Positions 9,713 through 18,165 of a stretch of DNA of 64,000 bases are shown here, in pieces; the stretch's first letter is position 1, and the number at the start of each line of letters is the position of its first letter. The stretch is from assembly GCA_963782595.1 (NCBI GenBank), contig CAWAKJ010000003.1, positions 707,789 to 771,788 of the forward strand. Reading direction: 5' to 3'. The translations under genes and the position numbers were made by a program. The stretch comes from Vicinamibacterales bacterium (GTDB lineage Bacteria > Acidobacteriota > Vicinamibacteria > Vicinamibacterales > JAMQPK01). The notes beneath the pieces were generated by a model. It did not search any database. It had not been told where the DNA came from and worked only from the letters and a program-made list of their open reading frames with translations.

Positions 9713-9830
9713 CGGTTGGTGGTGGGTGCTTGGCGGTTGGTGGTTGTTCGTGGTGGCGCGTGATGGTTCGTAGTCGTCCGTGGTAACGAGCTAACCACGA
9801 ACTACCAACCACCAACCACGAACCACCAAC
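9713..9830. repeat. heptamer-periodic repeat hairpin (TGGYGGT-like arm / CNAACCA-like arm)
   Basis: Left arm GGTTGGTGGTGGGTGCTTGGCGGTTGGTGGTTGTTCGTGG...; right arm CTAACCACGAACTACCAACCACCAACCACGAACCACCAAC is largely its complement. Confidence 0.75.
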
Positions 9831-10174
9831 TAGACGGGCGGTCGCACGAAGTTGACGATGGTGCTGGTTCCGTCCGCCGACACGATCTGCATCGCAGCTC
9901 TGCCGTTGTCTTCTTCGTCCACCAGGATCTTGGCGGGGTGTTGGATGAAGCGGGTGACGTGCTCGTCCTTGTCGCGCTCGACAAACACCGAGACGCTGCC
10001 GCCCTTCGCCGCCGGCTCGGCGCTGAGGCCCTCCAGCGGCAGATTTCGCACCTCAGGCTGGGCGCCGATGTCGTTCCCGAGCACCTCGACCGATACGAGC
10101 CATCTGTAATGATCTTCGCCGAACCGCGTCACATCCGTCGGCCACTTCTCGCGCGGAATCTCGTAGGTCTGCAT
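9830..10174 (-). CDS. DUF5335-like protein, unknown function
   Basis: Start set at MQTYEIPREKW; its ATG overlaps the EBP stop by 1 nt (TGATG). Resembles the DUF5335 pattern (W...F...H..WLV.VEVLG.DIGAQ) from memory. Confidence 0.6.
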   Translation of the reverse strand: MQTYEIPREKWPTDVTRFGEDHYRWLVSVEVLGNDIGAQPEVRNLPLEGLSAEPAAKGGSVSVFVERDKDEHVTRFIQHPAKILVDEEDNGRAAMQIVSADGTSTIVNFVRPPV

Positions 10175-11193
10175 CAGCTTCTTCCCCGATATCTCAGTTT
10201 GTCGATGCTGAAACGCTTGATCTTCGACTCGAGCGTCGACGCGGGGACGCCAAGCCTGGCCGCCGCGCCGGCCGAGCCGGCGACGCGCCCTTCGGCCTCC
10301 TTCAGCGCCTGCTCGATCATCCGCCGTTCGTCGGAACGGAGGGCCGTGTTGAGACGCGACGCGACCCTGACCGACGGCTGCTCGATGAGAAGACGCGCGG
10401 CCACCGTCAGCACAGGTTCGTCGCAAAGGATCGCGCTGTGTTCGATGACGTTCTGAAGCTGGCGGATGTTGCCGGGCCAGCTGAAACCCATGAGGCGCTC
10501 CATCGAATCGGGTTCGATGCCGTTGAACTGTCGGCCGAGGCGCGGGCTCATGCGTTCGAGAAAGTGCTGCGCGAGCACAGGGATGTCTTCGCGGCGTTCG
10601 CGAAGGGGCGGCAGATGGATCGGGAACACGCTCAACCTGTAGAAGAGATCGGATCGAAACCGTCCTTCATCGATCGCCTGCTCGAGATGGCGGTTGGTGG
10701 CGACGATGAGCCGCACGTCTACCTTTCGCGTCTGCGAGGCGCCAAGCCGCTGAAATTCGCCGTCCTGCACGACGCGCAGCAGCGCCACCTGCATGTCGGG
10801 CGACAGCTCGCCGATTTCGTCGAGAAACAGCGTGGCGCGATCGGCCAGCTCGAACCGGCCGATGCGCCGCTGTATCGCCCCGGTAAATGCGCCCGATTCG
10901 TGGCCGAAGAGCTCCGAGGCGACGAGCGGTTCCGGGATCGCGGCAAGGTTGACCGCCACCATCGCGCCGCGGGCGCGGCGCGAGCGCCGGTGCAGCAGCT
11001 GCGCCATGAGCTCTTTGCCCGTGCCGGTTTCGCCTGTGAGCAGTACGGTCGTGTCGATCGGTGCGACACGCGCGAGACGATCCATGGCCTCGCGCAGCGT
11101 GGCCGAGTGTCCGACCATCGCATCTTCAGCGATCTCGGAGGCGCTGTAGAAGCCAGCGTGAACAGTAGCCTGATCGAGACGTGACGTCGTCAT
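10174..11193 (-). CDS. sigma-54-dependent transcriptional activator (bEBP) lacking an N-terminal sensory domain
   Basis: AAA+ sigma-54 interaction domain (Walker A GETGTGKE, GAFTGA loop in HESGAFTGA, Walker B LFLDEIGE); C-terminal Fis-type HTH (AARLGVPASTLESKIKRF); only about 25 aa precede the AAA+ core. Confidence 0.9.
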   Translation of the reverse strand: MTTSRLDQATVHAGFYSASEIAEDAMVGHSATLREAMDRLARVAPIDTTVLLTGETGTGKELMAQLLHRRSRRARGAMVAVNLAAIPEPLVASELFGHESGAFTGAIQRRIGRFELADRATLFLDEIGELSPDMQVALLRVVQDGEFQRLGASQTRKVDVRLIVATNRHLEQAIDEGRFRSDLFYRLSVFPIHLPPLRERREDIPVLAQHFLERMSPRLGRQFNGIEPDSMERLMGFSWPGNIRQLQNVIEHSAILCDEPVLTVAARLLIEQPSVRVASRLNTALRSDERRMIEQALKEAEGRVAGSAGAAARLGVPASTLESKIKRFSIDKLRYRGRS

Positions 11194-11396
11194 GGGTACC
11201 TTAGAGCGAAGCGTGAGTGTGTGACCCGTGTATACAAAAGAAGCGCCGAACGGCTCGTCCCGCAGACCTTACTTGTTCGCGCCGAGAACGATGCTGCGTT
11301 CGATGGCGGCGCGTCTTTGTCCTGTTCGATTTCGCGACGGTTGCGACGACATGCGATCGCGTGATGGACAACTGCCGGCGCACGAGGAATCAGGTA

Positions 11397-11461
11397 GTTG
11401 AGATTTCGCGGGTTCGTGACCGTTCGCGACCGACGAGCCGGATTCGCGCAGGAATCTCAAC
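11397..11461. promoter_or_regulatory. candidate upstream activator site: 9-bp perfect inverted repeat GTTGAGATT-N47-AATCTCAAC
   Basis: Read directly; internal TTCGCG / CGCGAA-like submotifs; centred about 75 nt upstream of the predicted sigma-54 start site. Confidence 0.45.
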
Positions 11462-11478
11462 AATTCATCGCGTGTGTC

Positions 11479-11494
11479 TGGCAGGTGCCTTGCG
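11479..11494 (+). promoter_or_regulatory. sigma-54 (-24/-12) promoter
   Basis: TGGCAGGTGCCTTGCG fits TGGCAC-N5-TTGCW (GG-N10-GC spacing exact); followed by GGAGGG RBS (11515-11520) and ATG at 11525. Confidence 0.7.
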
Positions 11495-11524
11495 AGTCGG
11501 TACGGAGCATTCACGGAGGGCAGC

Positions 11525-11749
11525 ATGATTGCTCCTGTTCGAATCGACCACGCGTTGTGCACGTTGAAGGGCGTGTTCCTGGAAGTTCCACGGCTCGAAC
11601 TGAACATTGCGCAGGCCTGCGAGCTCACGGGTCTCGACAGTCAGACGTGCCTCGTCCTGCTTCAGGCGCTCGAACAGGCGCGATTCCTCTGGCAGCCAGA
11701 CTCGGGTCGCTTCGTGCTGAGACCCGACTGGATAACCAACGAATCCTGA
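11525..11749 (+). CDS. small winged-helix-like protein, unknown function
   Basis: 74 aa from ATG with GGAGGG RBS; [40 protein letters not shown] looks like HTH plus wing; 16 nt upstream of dnaK. Confidence 0.55.
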   Translation: MIAPVRIDHALCTLKGVFLEVPRLELNIAQACELTGLDSQTCLVLLQALEQARFLWQPDSGRFVLRPDWITNES

Positions 11750-11765
11750 AAGAGCGAGGGCCGAC

Positions 11766-13688
11766 ATGCCAGGCAAAGTGATCGGGATTGATCTGGGCAC
11801 GACCAATTCGGTGGTCGCCGTCATTGAAGCGGGGCAGCCCGTTGTCGTCGTCAATCAGGAAGGTGCGCGAACCACTCCTTCTGTCGTGGCGCTGACCAAG
11901 GACGACGAGCGTCTGGTCGGACAGATTGCCAAGCGCCAGGCGATCACCAATCCGGAGAATACGATCTTCTCCATCAAGCGGTTCATGGGGCGCAAGTACG
12001 AGGAAGTGGCCGAAGAGATCAAGAAGGTGCCGTACAAAGTCGTACGCGCACCGAACGGCGATGCCTGGGTGGACGTTCGCGGCAAGACGTATTCGCCGCC
12101 GGAGATTTCAGCGCTCATTCTGAGAAAGCTGAAAGAGGCGGCCGAGGCCTATCTCGGCGAAAAGGTGACCGACGCGGTCATCACCGTACCCGCCTACTTC
12201 AACGACGCGCAGCGTCAGGCGACCAAGGACGCCGGGAAAATCGCGGGCCTCGAGGTCAAACGCATCATCAATGAGCCCACGGCGGCCGCGCTCGCGTACG
12301 GCCTCGACCGGAAGAAAGACGAGACGATTGCCGTCTACGACTTCGGCGGCGGCACGTTCGACATCTCGATTCTGGAAGTCGGCGATGGCGTCGTCGAAGT
12401 CAAGGCGACCAACGGCGATACGCACCTGGGCGGCGACGACCTCGATCAACGCATCATCGAATGGATCGCCGCGGAATTCAAGAAATCAGAAGGGATCGAC
12501 CTCACCACAGACCGCATGGCTCTCCAGCGGCTGAAGGAGGCGGCGGAAAAGGCGAAGGTCGAACTGTCGACGGCCCTCGAGACCGACATCAATCTGCCGT
12601 TCATCACGGCCGACGCGAGCGGCCCCAAACACCTGACGCTGAAGTTGACGCGCGCCCGCCTCGAGCAGCTCGTCGAAGACCTCCTGCAGCGGTCGATGGG
12701 CCCGGTGCGTCAGGCGCTGACCGACGCTGGTGTGGACGCAAAGTCGATCGACGAAGTGGTGCTGGTCGGCGGCATGACCCGCATGCCGCGCATTCAACAG
12801 CTCGTCAAAGATCTCTTCGGCAAGGAGCCGCATAAAGGCGTCAATCCGGATGAGGTCGTCGCGGTCGGCGCGGCGATCCAGGGGGGCGTCCTCGCCGGTG
12901 AAGTGAAGGATGTTCTGCTGCTCGACGTGACGCCGCTGTCGCTCGGCATCGAGACACTCGGCGGTGTGATGACGCGGCTGATCGAGCGAAACACCACGAT
13001 CCCGACGCGCAAGAGCGAGATTTTCTCGACCGCTGCCGACAATCAGCCGAGCGTCGAGGTGCATGTGCTGCAGGGCGAGCGTCCGTTGGCCCGGGACAAC
13101 CGGACGCTGGCGTGCTTTCAGTTGACGGGGCTGCCTCCGGCCCCCCGCGGCGTGCCGCAAATCGAAGTGACCTTCGACATCGACTCGAACGGCATCGTCA
13201 ACGCGTCGGCCAAAGACATGGCCACCGGCAAGGAGCAGAAGATCACGATTACGGCGTCGAGCGGGCTCGCCAAGGACGAAGTGGAGCGCATGGTGCGAGA
13301 GGCGCAATCACATGCGGCCGAGGACGAACGCCGGAAGGTGCTGATTGAAGCGCGCAACGAGGCCGACAGCCTCACCTATTCGGTGGAGAAGACTCTTCGC
13401 GAGAACGAAAGCCGGTTGCCCGCCGAAGAGCGCGCCCGCGTCGAATCGCTCGTCGCCGAAGTGCGCCGTCTCGCCCAGGGCGAGGATACCGAGGCGATCA
13501 GGAGCAAAGTGGCCGAGCTGCAGGCGGCATCGCACAAGCTGGCCGAGTCGATGTATCAGGCGACGGGTGCGACGGGTGCGGGAGGTGCAACAGGTGCATC
13601 AGGTGCACCTGGTGCGACAGGTGCACCAGGTGCGGCTGGAGATGTGCGAGAGGGCGAAGTGGTGGATGCGGAAACCGTGGGGGAATAG
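11766..13688 (+). CDS. dnaK: molecular chaperone DnaK (Hsp70)
   Basis: Canonical Hsp70 signatures ([28 protein letters not shown]); low-complexity (GAx)n C-terminal tail; no grpE/dnaJ adjacent. Confidence 0.97.
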   Translation: MPGKVIGIDLGTTNSVVAVIEAGQPVVVVNQEGARTTPSVVALTKDDERLVGQIAKRQAITNPENTIFSIKRFMGRKYEEVAEEIKKVPYKVVRAPNGDAWVDVRGKTYSPPEISALILRKLKEAAEAYLGEKVTDAVITVPAYFNDAQRQATKDAGKIAGLEVKRIINEPTAAALAYGLDRKKDETIAVYDFGGGTFDISILEVGDGVVEVKATNGDTHLGGDDLDQRIIEWIAAEFKKSEGIDLTTDRMALQRLKEAAEKAKVELSTALETDINLPFITADASGPKHLTLKLTRARLEQLVEDLLQRSMGPVRQALTDAGVDAKSIDEVVLVGGMTRMPRIQQLVKDLFGKEPHKGVNPDEVVAVGAAIQGGVLAGEVKDVLLLDVTPLSLGIETLGGVMTRLIERNTTIPTRKSEIFSTAADNQPSVEVHVLQGERPLARDNRTLACFQLTGLPPAPRGVPQIEVTFDIDSNGIVNASAKDMATGKEQKITITASSGLAKDEVERMVREAQSHAAEDERRKVLIEARNEADSLTYSVEKTLRENESRLPAEERARVESLVAEVRRLAQGEDTEAIRSKVAELQAASHKLAESMYQATGATGAGGATGASGAPGATGAPGAAGDVREGEVVDAETVGE

Positions 13689-15674
13689 TCATTTCAGCAC
13701 CGCGCTGTTTTCCGCCTGCGTCACCATCGCGGCCGCGTCCTCCGGCAGGAGATATCCGTCGGCGACAAGCGTGTCCGCGGCAGTTTTGACGGCGCGCACG
13801 TAGCCATTGTGATCCTTGTACCGCTCCTCCAATGAAGGCCGCGGATCGCCACTCGCATTCCGGTCGGCGTTCGTTTTCGCGAACGGAATGAAACCGCCGA
13901 CCGGCGATCCGCCGATGCAGAGGTTGCCTTTGTAGACTCCCGATGTCGTGAGGTTCCAGCCCGTGTAAGTGCCAAGCGGCGCCATCAGAAGTGGCGAGCG
14001 GATACCAGCGACCTCGTTTCCGTCTGCATCCACTCTGACGACGAGTTGTGGCAGCGTGCCCTTCACCGTGGGGAGCTTCGTCAACACCCCGGATTGGTCG
14101 TTGTAGCGGAAGTGCGGCCCAAGATCGTAGTTGATAAGCGGGTGCTGAAGTCCTTCGGGCGACGGTTTGCCTGGAATAGACGGAAAGCCCATCGCGCTCC
14201 TGGTCGCCGGTACCAGCGTGCCTTCGGCAAGGGTCGGATATTTGCTCGCCGGCATCGGCGTGTTCCTGGTCACCCAGGCAGTCAACCTCTTCATCAACGC
14301 GGTGCGCATCGGTCCGACGGGGGCGGGATTCGACGTCAGCGCGCACGAGGGCACGGGGTTAGTCGAAAGAGCGAAGCCCCCCGGGCCGCCACCGTGCGAG
14401 ACACCTGCGAAGTAGTAGCGGCGCACGTTCTCGGGAAGCGCGATGTCGGCCTTGGCGGTCGTCCCGACGAGTGTGAACGATTGACGCAATCCCCACACTT
14501 CGGCCGCTCCGAATGTTTCGACGATTTTCGGACAGGTGTTCGTGGCGCGGCACCTGTCGAGCAGGCTGGATACGGGACGATTGCGCACGGTGTCCTGCCA
14601 TGGCGTCCACCAGACGGGCCCCTCGTGTCCGAGCTCCGTCGGCCACACAAGGCCCCCGGGAAATGCGAAGCGGCGATTCAGATCGGTGAACCGCGCGGCA
14701 ATGTGCGGATTCATTCCATCCCACACGATGCGGCCACGCTCGTCCTGGTTGAAGCCGAGCAGCAGCGACAGTTTGAGAAACGTACCGGATTGCGAGCTGC
14801 CTTCTGAAATCGCGTGTGTGATGCGTCCCGCTACCGGATTCGGGGTACCCGATGCATCCTGCGTGTCGTACCTGAAAAACGATCCCAGGTCGCGCGTTGC
14901 CGCGAGACCGATGCCGAGCACGAGTGGATCCTTCACCGTGTATTGCAACTCGTAGAGCAGAGCAGGATCAAAGCCCGCCTTCACGCAGATGCGGCCCGGG
15001 TCCGGCTTACCGGGAAATGGCGCTGTGGAACAATCGGCAAAGGCCCAGTCCGAGCTCGGAATCTTCACGACGCCGCTCTTGACGCCGGTCGGCGTTTCGG
15101 CGGTTGCCGAGATGAGACGTGCCGATGAGGTGTCGAGCGATGCCGGTGGATATGGAGACGGCTGGCCGCGTGGAATCATCAGGGCCGTCGTGTTGCCCTT
15201 CAGGTTCGTGAAACGAAGAAGGAGAGGGCCGGTTATGCTCGACCCGTCGCGGTTCCTTGCAACGGGCACGCGGATCGTCTGATTATCGGCGGTCGGCACG
15301 ACGTCGCCCTGCCATCCGCTGACGAACGTGACGTGGCCATCAGGATGCGTGGCTGCGTTGCCGTTACCGCGATTCACGACCGTGTAGACCAGCACGCCGC
15401 TCGCGATCGACATATCCTTCGGCTTCACGAGCGAAAACGTCGCGACGTATTCGACCTTGCCGCGCTCGTTCCGCGGCGCCACATCGATGTCGGTAATCAC
15501 GGCGTTCTTCGGATCGGCGGGGTCGAGCTCGCCGTACGCCTTACCGGAAATCCGTTCGTGGGCAGGCCCCGCGGGTTCAACCTTGGTAATCTCCAGCCGC
15601 ACGACGTTGGCGTGCGCGACTGAAGCCGCCGACAGAAAGACGAGGATTGCCGTGAGCCGTCTCGCGCCAGACAT
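13689..15674 (-). CDS. secreted protein of unknown function (possibly the large alpha/beta-hydrolase-domain family)
   Basis: 661-aa ORF with signal peptide (AASVAHA/NV); protein-like composition; family assignment from memory only. Confidence 0.6.
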   Translation of the reverse strand: MSGARRLTAILVFLSAASVAHANVVRLEITKVEPAGPAHERISGKAYGELDPADPKNAVITDIDVAPRNERGKVEYVATFSLVKPKDMSIASGVLVYTVVNRGNGNAATHPDGHVTFVSGWQGDVVPTADNQTIRVPVARNRDGSSITGPLLLRFTNLKGNTTALMIPRGQPSPYPPASLDTSSARLISATAETPTGVKSGVVKIPSSDWAFADCSTAPFPGKPDPGRICVKAGFDPALLYELQYTVKDPLVLGIGLAATRDLGSFFRYDTQDASGTPNPVAGRITHAISEGSSQSGTFLKLSLLLGFNQDERGRIVWDGMNPHIAARFTDLNRRFAFPGGLVWPTELGHEGPVWWTPWQDTVRNRPVSSLLDRCRATNTCPKIVETFGAAEVWGLRQSFTLVGTTAKADIALPENVRRYYFAGVSHGGGPGGFALSTNPVPSCALTSNPAPVGPMRTALMKRLTAWVTRNTPMPASKYPTLAEGTLVPATRSAMGFPSIPGKPSPEGLQHPLINYDLGPHFRYNDQSGVLTKLPTVKGTLPQLVVRVDADGNEVAGIRSPLLMAPLGTYTGWNLTTSGVYKGNLCIGGSPVGGFIPFAKTNADRNASGDPRPSLEERYKDHNGYVRAVKTAADTLVADGYLLPEDAAAMVTQAENSAVLK

Positions 15675-15740
15675 GAGCGCCTCCGCATGGAATTATCGCG
15701 TAAGATGTGTCATCCGCTACGCACAAAAAGGGAGCAGCCT

Positions 15741-16484
15741 ATGTTCGCCCTTCTAATCGCAGGCGCCACCTCGCTCGCACTGGCTCAGGCCCCTGCCGCA
15801 GTGCCGCCGACGCCCGACGGCCAACAGCTCTACAAGGAGAATTGCGTCGAATGTCACGGGCCCGAGGGGGACGAAGTGCCCGATGTCGATCTCGGCCGCG
15901 GCCGTTTCCGCCGCGCCACGACCGATCCGGAGCTCGTGGGCATCGTGCTGCGCGGCATTCCGAACACCGCGATGCCGCCCAGTAACTTCTCCGAGGCGCA
16001 GGCCTCGGCGATTGTTCAGTACCTGCGAACGAAGGCCAGCCGAGCGGCCGCGAGCGCCGGCAACGCGGCCAATGGCCAGGCGATTTTCACAGGCAAGGGG
16101 AATTGCACGACCTGCCATCGCGTGAACGGATCCGGCGCGCGAACCGCGCCCGATCTGAGCGACATCGGGCGGATGCGCCACTCGACCGATATCGAGCGCT
16201 CTATCGTCGAGCCCGATTTCATGATTGCGCCGAGCAACCGCTATCTCCGTCTCGTCACGCGAGACGGGACGACGATCACGGGCCGGATGCTGAATCAGGA
16301 CATCTTCACGGTACAGCTCATCGATGCCAAAGAGCAGCTGCGATCGCTGACGCGCGCCGACCTCAAGGAATTTACGTTCATCGACAAGTCGCCGATGCCG
16401 TCGTATCGCGGAAAGCTTACGGCGCAGGAGATCGGCGATCTGGTCAGTTATCTCGTCTCGCTGCAGGACGGAGGTGTGCGATGA
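15741..16484 (+). CDS. dihaem c-type cytochrome
   Basis: Start at MFALLIAG with AGGGAG RBS; signal peptide; two CxxCH motifs (CVECH, CTTCH); ATGA overlap with the downstream PQQ dehydrogenase. Confidence 0.85.
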   Translation: MFALLIAGATSLALAQAPAAVPPTPDGQQLYKENCVECHGPEGDEVPDVDLGRGRFRRATTDPELVGIVLRGIPNTAMPPSNFSEAQASAIVQYLRTKASRAAASAGNAANGQAIFTGKGNCTTCHRVNGSGARTAPDLSDIGRMRHSTDIERSIVEPDFMIAPSNRYLRLVTRDGTTITGRMLNQDIFTVQLIDAKEQLRSLTRADLKEFTFIDKSPMPSYRGKLTAQEIGDLVSYLVSLQDGGVR

Positions 16485-18130
16485 GAGTGACCCTTTTTCT
16501 GCTCGCGATTGCAGCGACGGCCTCCCTGCACGCGCAGGTGACGTTCGATCGGCTCGTGCGCGCGGCGGAGGAGCCGCACAACTGGCTGTCCTACTCGGGC
16601 GGCTATTTCAGCCAGCGCCATACGGAGCTCGCGCTGATAACGCCCGACAATGTGAGGAACCTCGAGTCGGCCTGGATCTATCAGCTGAACTCGCGCGAGC
16701 CCACGAGTACACGCTTCGAAGTGACGCCCGTCGTCGTCGATGGCGTCATGTATATCGTCCAGCCGCCGAACGACATCATCGCGCTCGACGCGGTGAGCGG
16801 CCGCCCCTTCTGGACCTATTCCTACAATACCTCCCCGCAGGCGCGGCCGTGCTGCGGGCGGCTGAATCGCGGCGTGGCGATTCACGGGGACCGGCTGTTC
16901 ATGGGCACGATTGATGGCCATATGGTTGCCGTCGACGCCAAGACCGGAAAACAGCTGTGGGACAGGACCGTCGTGCGTCCGGAAGCGGGCTATGCGTTCG
17001 CGTCGGCGCCCCTCGTGGTGAAAAACAAAGTCATCATGGGACCCGCAGGTGGCGAATACGGGATCCGTGGTTTTCTCGCCGCGTTCGATGTGGCCACGGG
17101 CAACGAGGCCTGGCGCTTCAATCTCGTGCCGGGCCCGGGAGAGCCAGGGTTCGATACGTGGCAGGGTGATTCGTGGAAGACCGGCGGCGCGTCGATCTGG
17201 CTGACCGGTTCTTACGATCCCGAACTGAATCTCACCTATTGGGGTGTCGGGAATCCCGGGCCCGACTGGAACGGCGATAACCGCGAAGGCGACAACCTGT
17301 ACAGCAACAGCGTTGTTGCCCTCGATGCGGACACTGGCCAGTTGAAGTGGCACTTTCAATTCTCGCCGCACGACGAGTTCGATTACGACGCCGTGCAGAT
17401 TCCCGTGCTCGTAGACGCGGTGTGGCAGGGGAAACCGCGCAAGCTGATGTACTTCGCCAACCGCAATGGCTACTTCTATGTGCTCGATCGCGCGACCGGG
17501 CAGTTTCTGTCGGGCAAGCCATTCGTGGAGGTGAACTGGGCATCGGGCCTCGATCCGAAAAGCGGCCGTCCGATTCGCATCGCCGGGAAGGCTCCGAGCG
17601 CGCCGCCGGGAACGCTGATCTTTCCGGGCAACCAGGGCGGAACCAACTGGTACTCGCCGTCCTATAGCCCACGCACCGGGCTGTTCTACATTCCGACGTG
17701 GGCGAACTACAGCAGCCTCTACGTGAGAGACAAGGTCGAGTACGTCGAAGGGCGCCGGTTCGCCGGCGGCGGCGGCAGAGCACCGGTGCCAGGTATCCGG
17801 ACAGGCCAGGGCGGGTACAGCTTCGCGAAGCCCGAGGAAGGGTACGGCGCCGTGCGCGCGATCGATCCCAACACTGGCGCGCTCCGGTGGGAATTCAAGA
17901 TGAGCGATCTCACGTGGGCTGGCATTCTGACGACAGCGTCCAACGTGCTGTTCAGCGGCAGCGGAGAAGGGTACTTTTACGCGCTGGACGCGCGCACCGG
18001 CAATCTGCTGTGGAAGTCGCAGCTCGGCTCGGTGATTCGCTCAGGGCCGATGAGTTATGCGGTGAACGGCAAGCAACACGTGGCGGTCGCCGCCGGTAGC
18101 GGGCTGTTCGTGTTCAAGTTGCGCGAGTGA
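16481..18130 (+). CDS. PQQ-dependent alcohol dehydrogenase (methanol/ethanol family), lanthanide-type signature
   Basis: Start at MRVTLFLLAIAATASLHA (signal peptide); vicinal Cys pair (RPCCGRLNRG); 8-bladed propeller W-motifs; PHDEFDYDAVQ containing a DYD motif (17381-17389). Confidence 0.9.
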   Translation: MRVTLFLLAIAATASLHAQVTFDRLVRAAEEPHNWLSYSGGYFSQRHTELALITPDNVRNLESAWIYQLNSREPTSTRFEVTPVVVDGVMYIVQPPNDIIALDAVSGRPFWTYSYNTSPQARPCCGRLNRGVAIHGDRLFMGTIDGHMVAVDAKTGKQLWDRTVVRPEAGYAFASAPLVVKNKVIMGPAGGEYGIRGFLAAFDVATGNEAWRFNLVPGPGEPGFDTWQGDSWKTGGASIWLTGSYDPELNLTYWGVGNPGPDWNGDNREGDNLYSNSVVALDADTGQLKWHFQFSPHDEFDYDAVQIPVLVDAVWQGKPRKLMYFANRNGYFYVLDRATGQFLSGKPFVEVNWASGLDPKSGRPIRIAGKAPSAPPGTLIFPGNQGGTNWYSPSYSPRTGLFYIPTWANYSSLYVRDKVEYVEGRRFAGGGGRAPVPGIRTGQGGYSFAKPEEGYGAVRAIDPNTGALRWEFKMSDLTWAGILTTASNVLFSGSGEGYFYALDARTGNLLWKSQLGSVIRSGPMSYAVNGKQHVAVAAGSGLFVFKLRE

Positions 18131-18136
18131 GTGATT

Positions 18137-18165
18137 GTAGGCGGGTCTTGCAAGACCCGCCCTAC
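18137..18165. repeat. REP-like palindrome family A, copy 1 (bidirectional terminator position)
   Basis: GTAGGCGGGTCTTGCAAGACCCGCCCTAC between convergent genes ending at 18130 and 18162. Confidence 0.8.

Noticed and set aside
11717-11735. CTGAGA ... CTGGATAA fragments reminiscent of the TPP riboswitch core, just upstream of dnaK
   Set aside because: The remaining conserved helices and the pyrimidine-sensor region are absent. The segment encodes the C-terminus of the small ORF, and a TPP switch before dnaK has no rationale.
13561-13640. 9-nt periodic GGTGCN repeats
   Set aside because: They encode the (GAx)n low-complexity C-terminal tail of DnaK, a normally variable region, so this is not a separate element.
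13686-13691. Convergent dnaK and the 661-aa gene abut with a zero-nt spacer and no terminator
   Set aside because: This was noted only as an oddity. Tight convergent packing occurs elsewhere in compact genomes, and there is no structure to analyse.
16103-16480. Long N-terminal extensions of ORFs overlapping upstream genes (also 22295-22627, 28549-28920, 39349-40593, 60053-60664, 52448-53473, 9691-9798 and 10175-10426)
   Set aside because: The extension translations look out-of-frame and overlap well-supported genes. Internal starts give proper signal peptides, RBSs or ATGA coupling.
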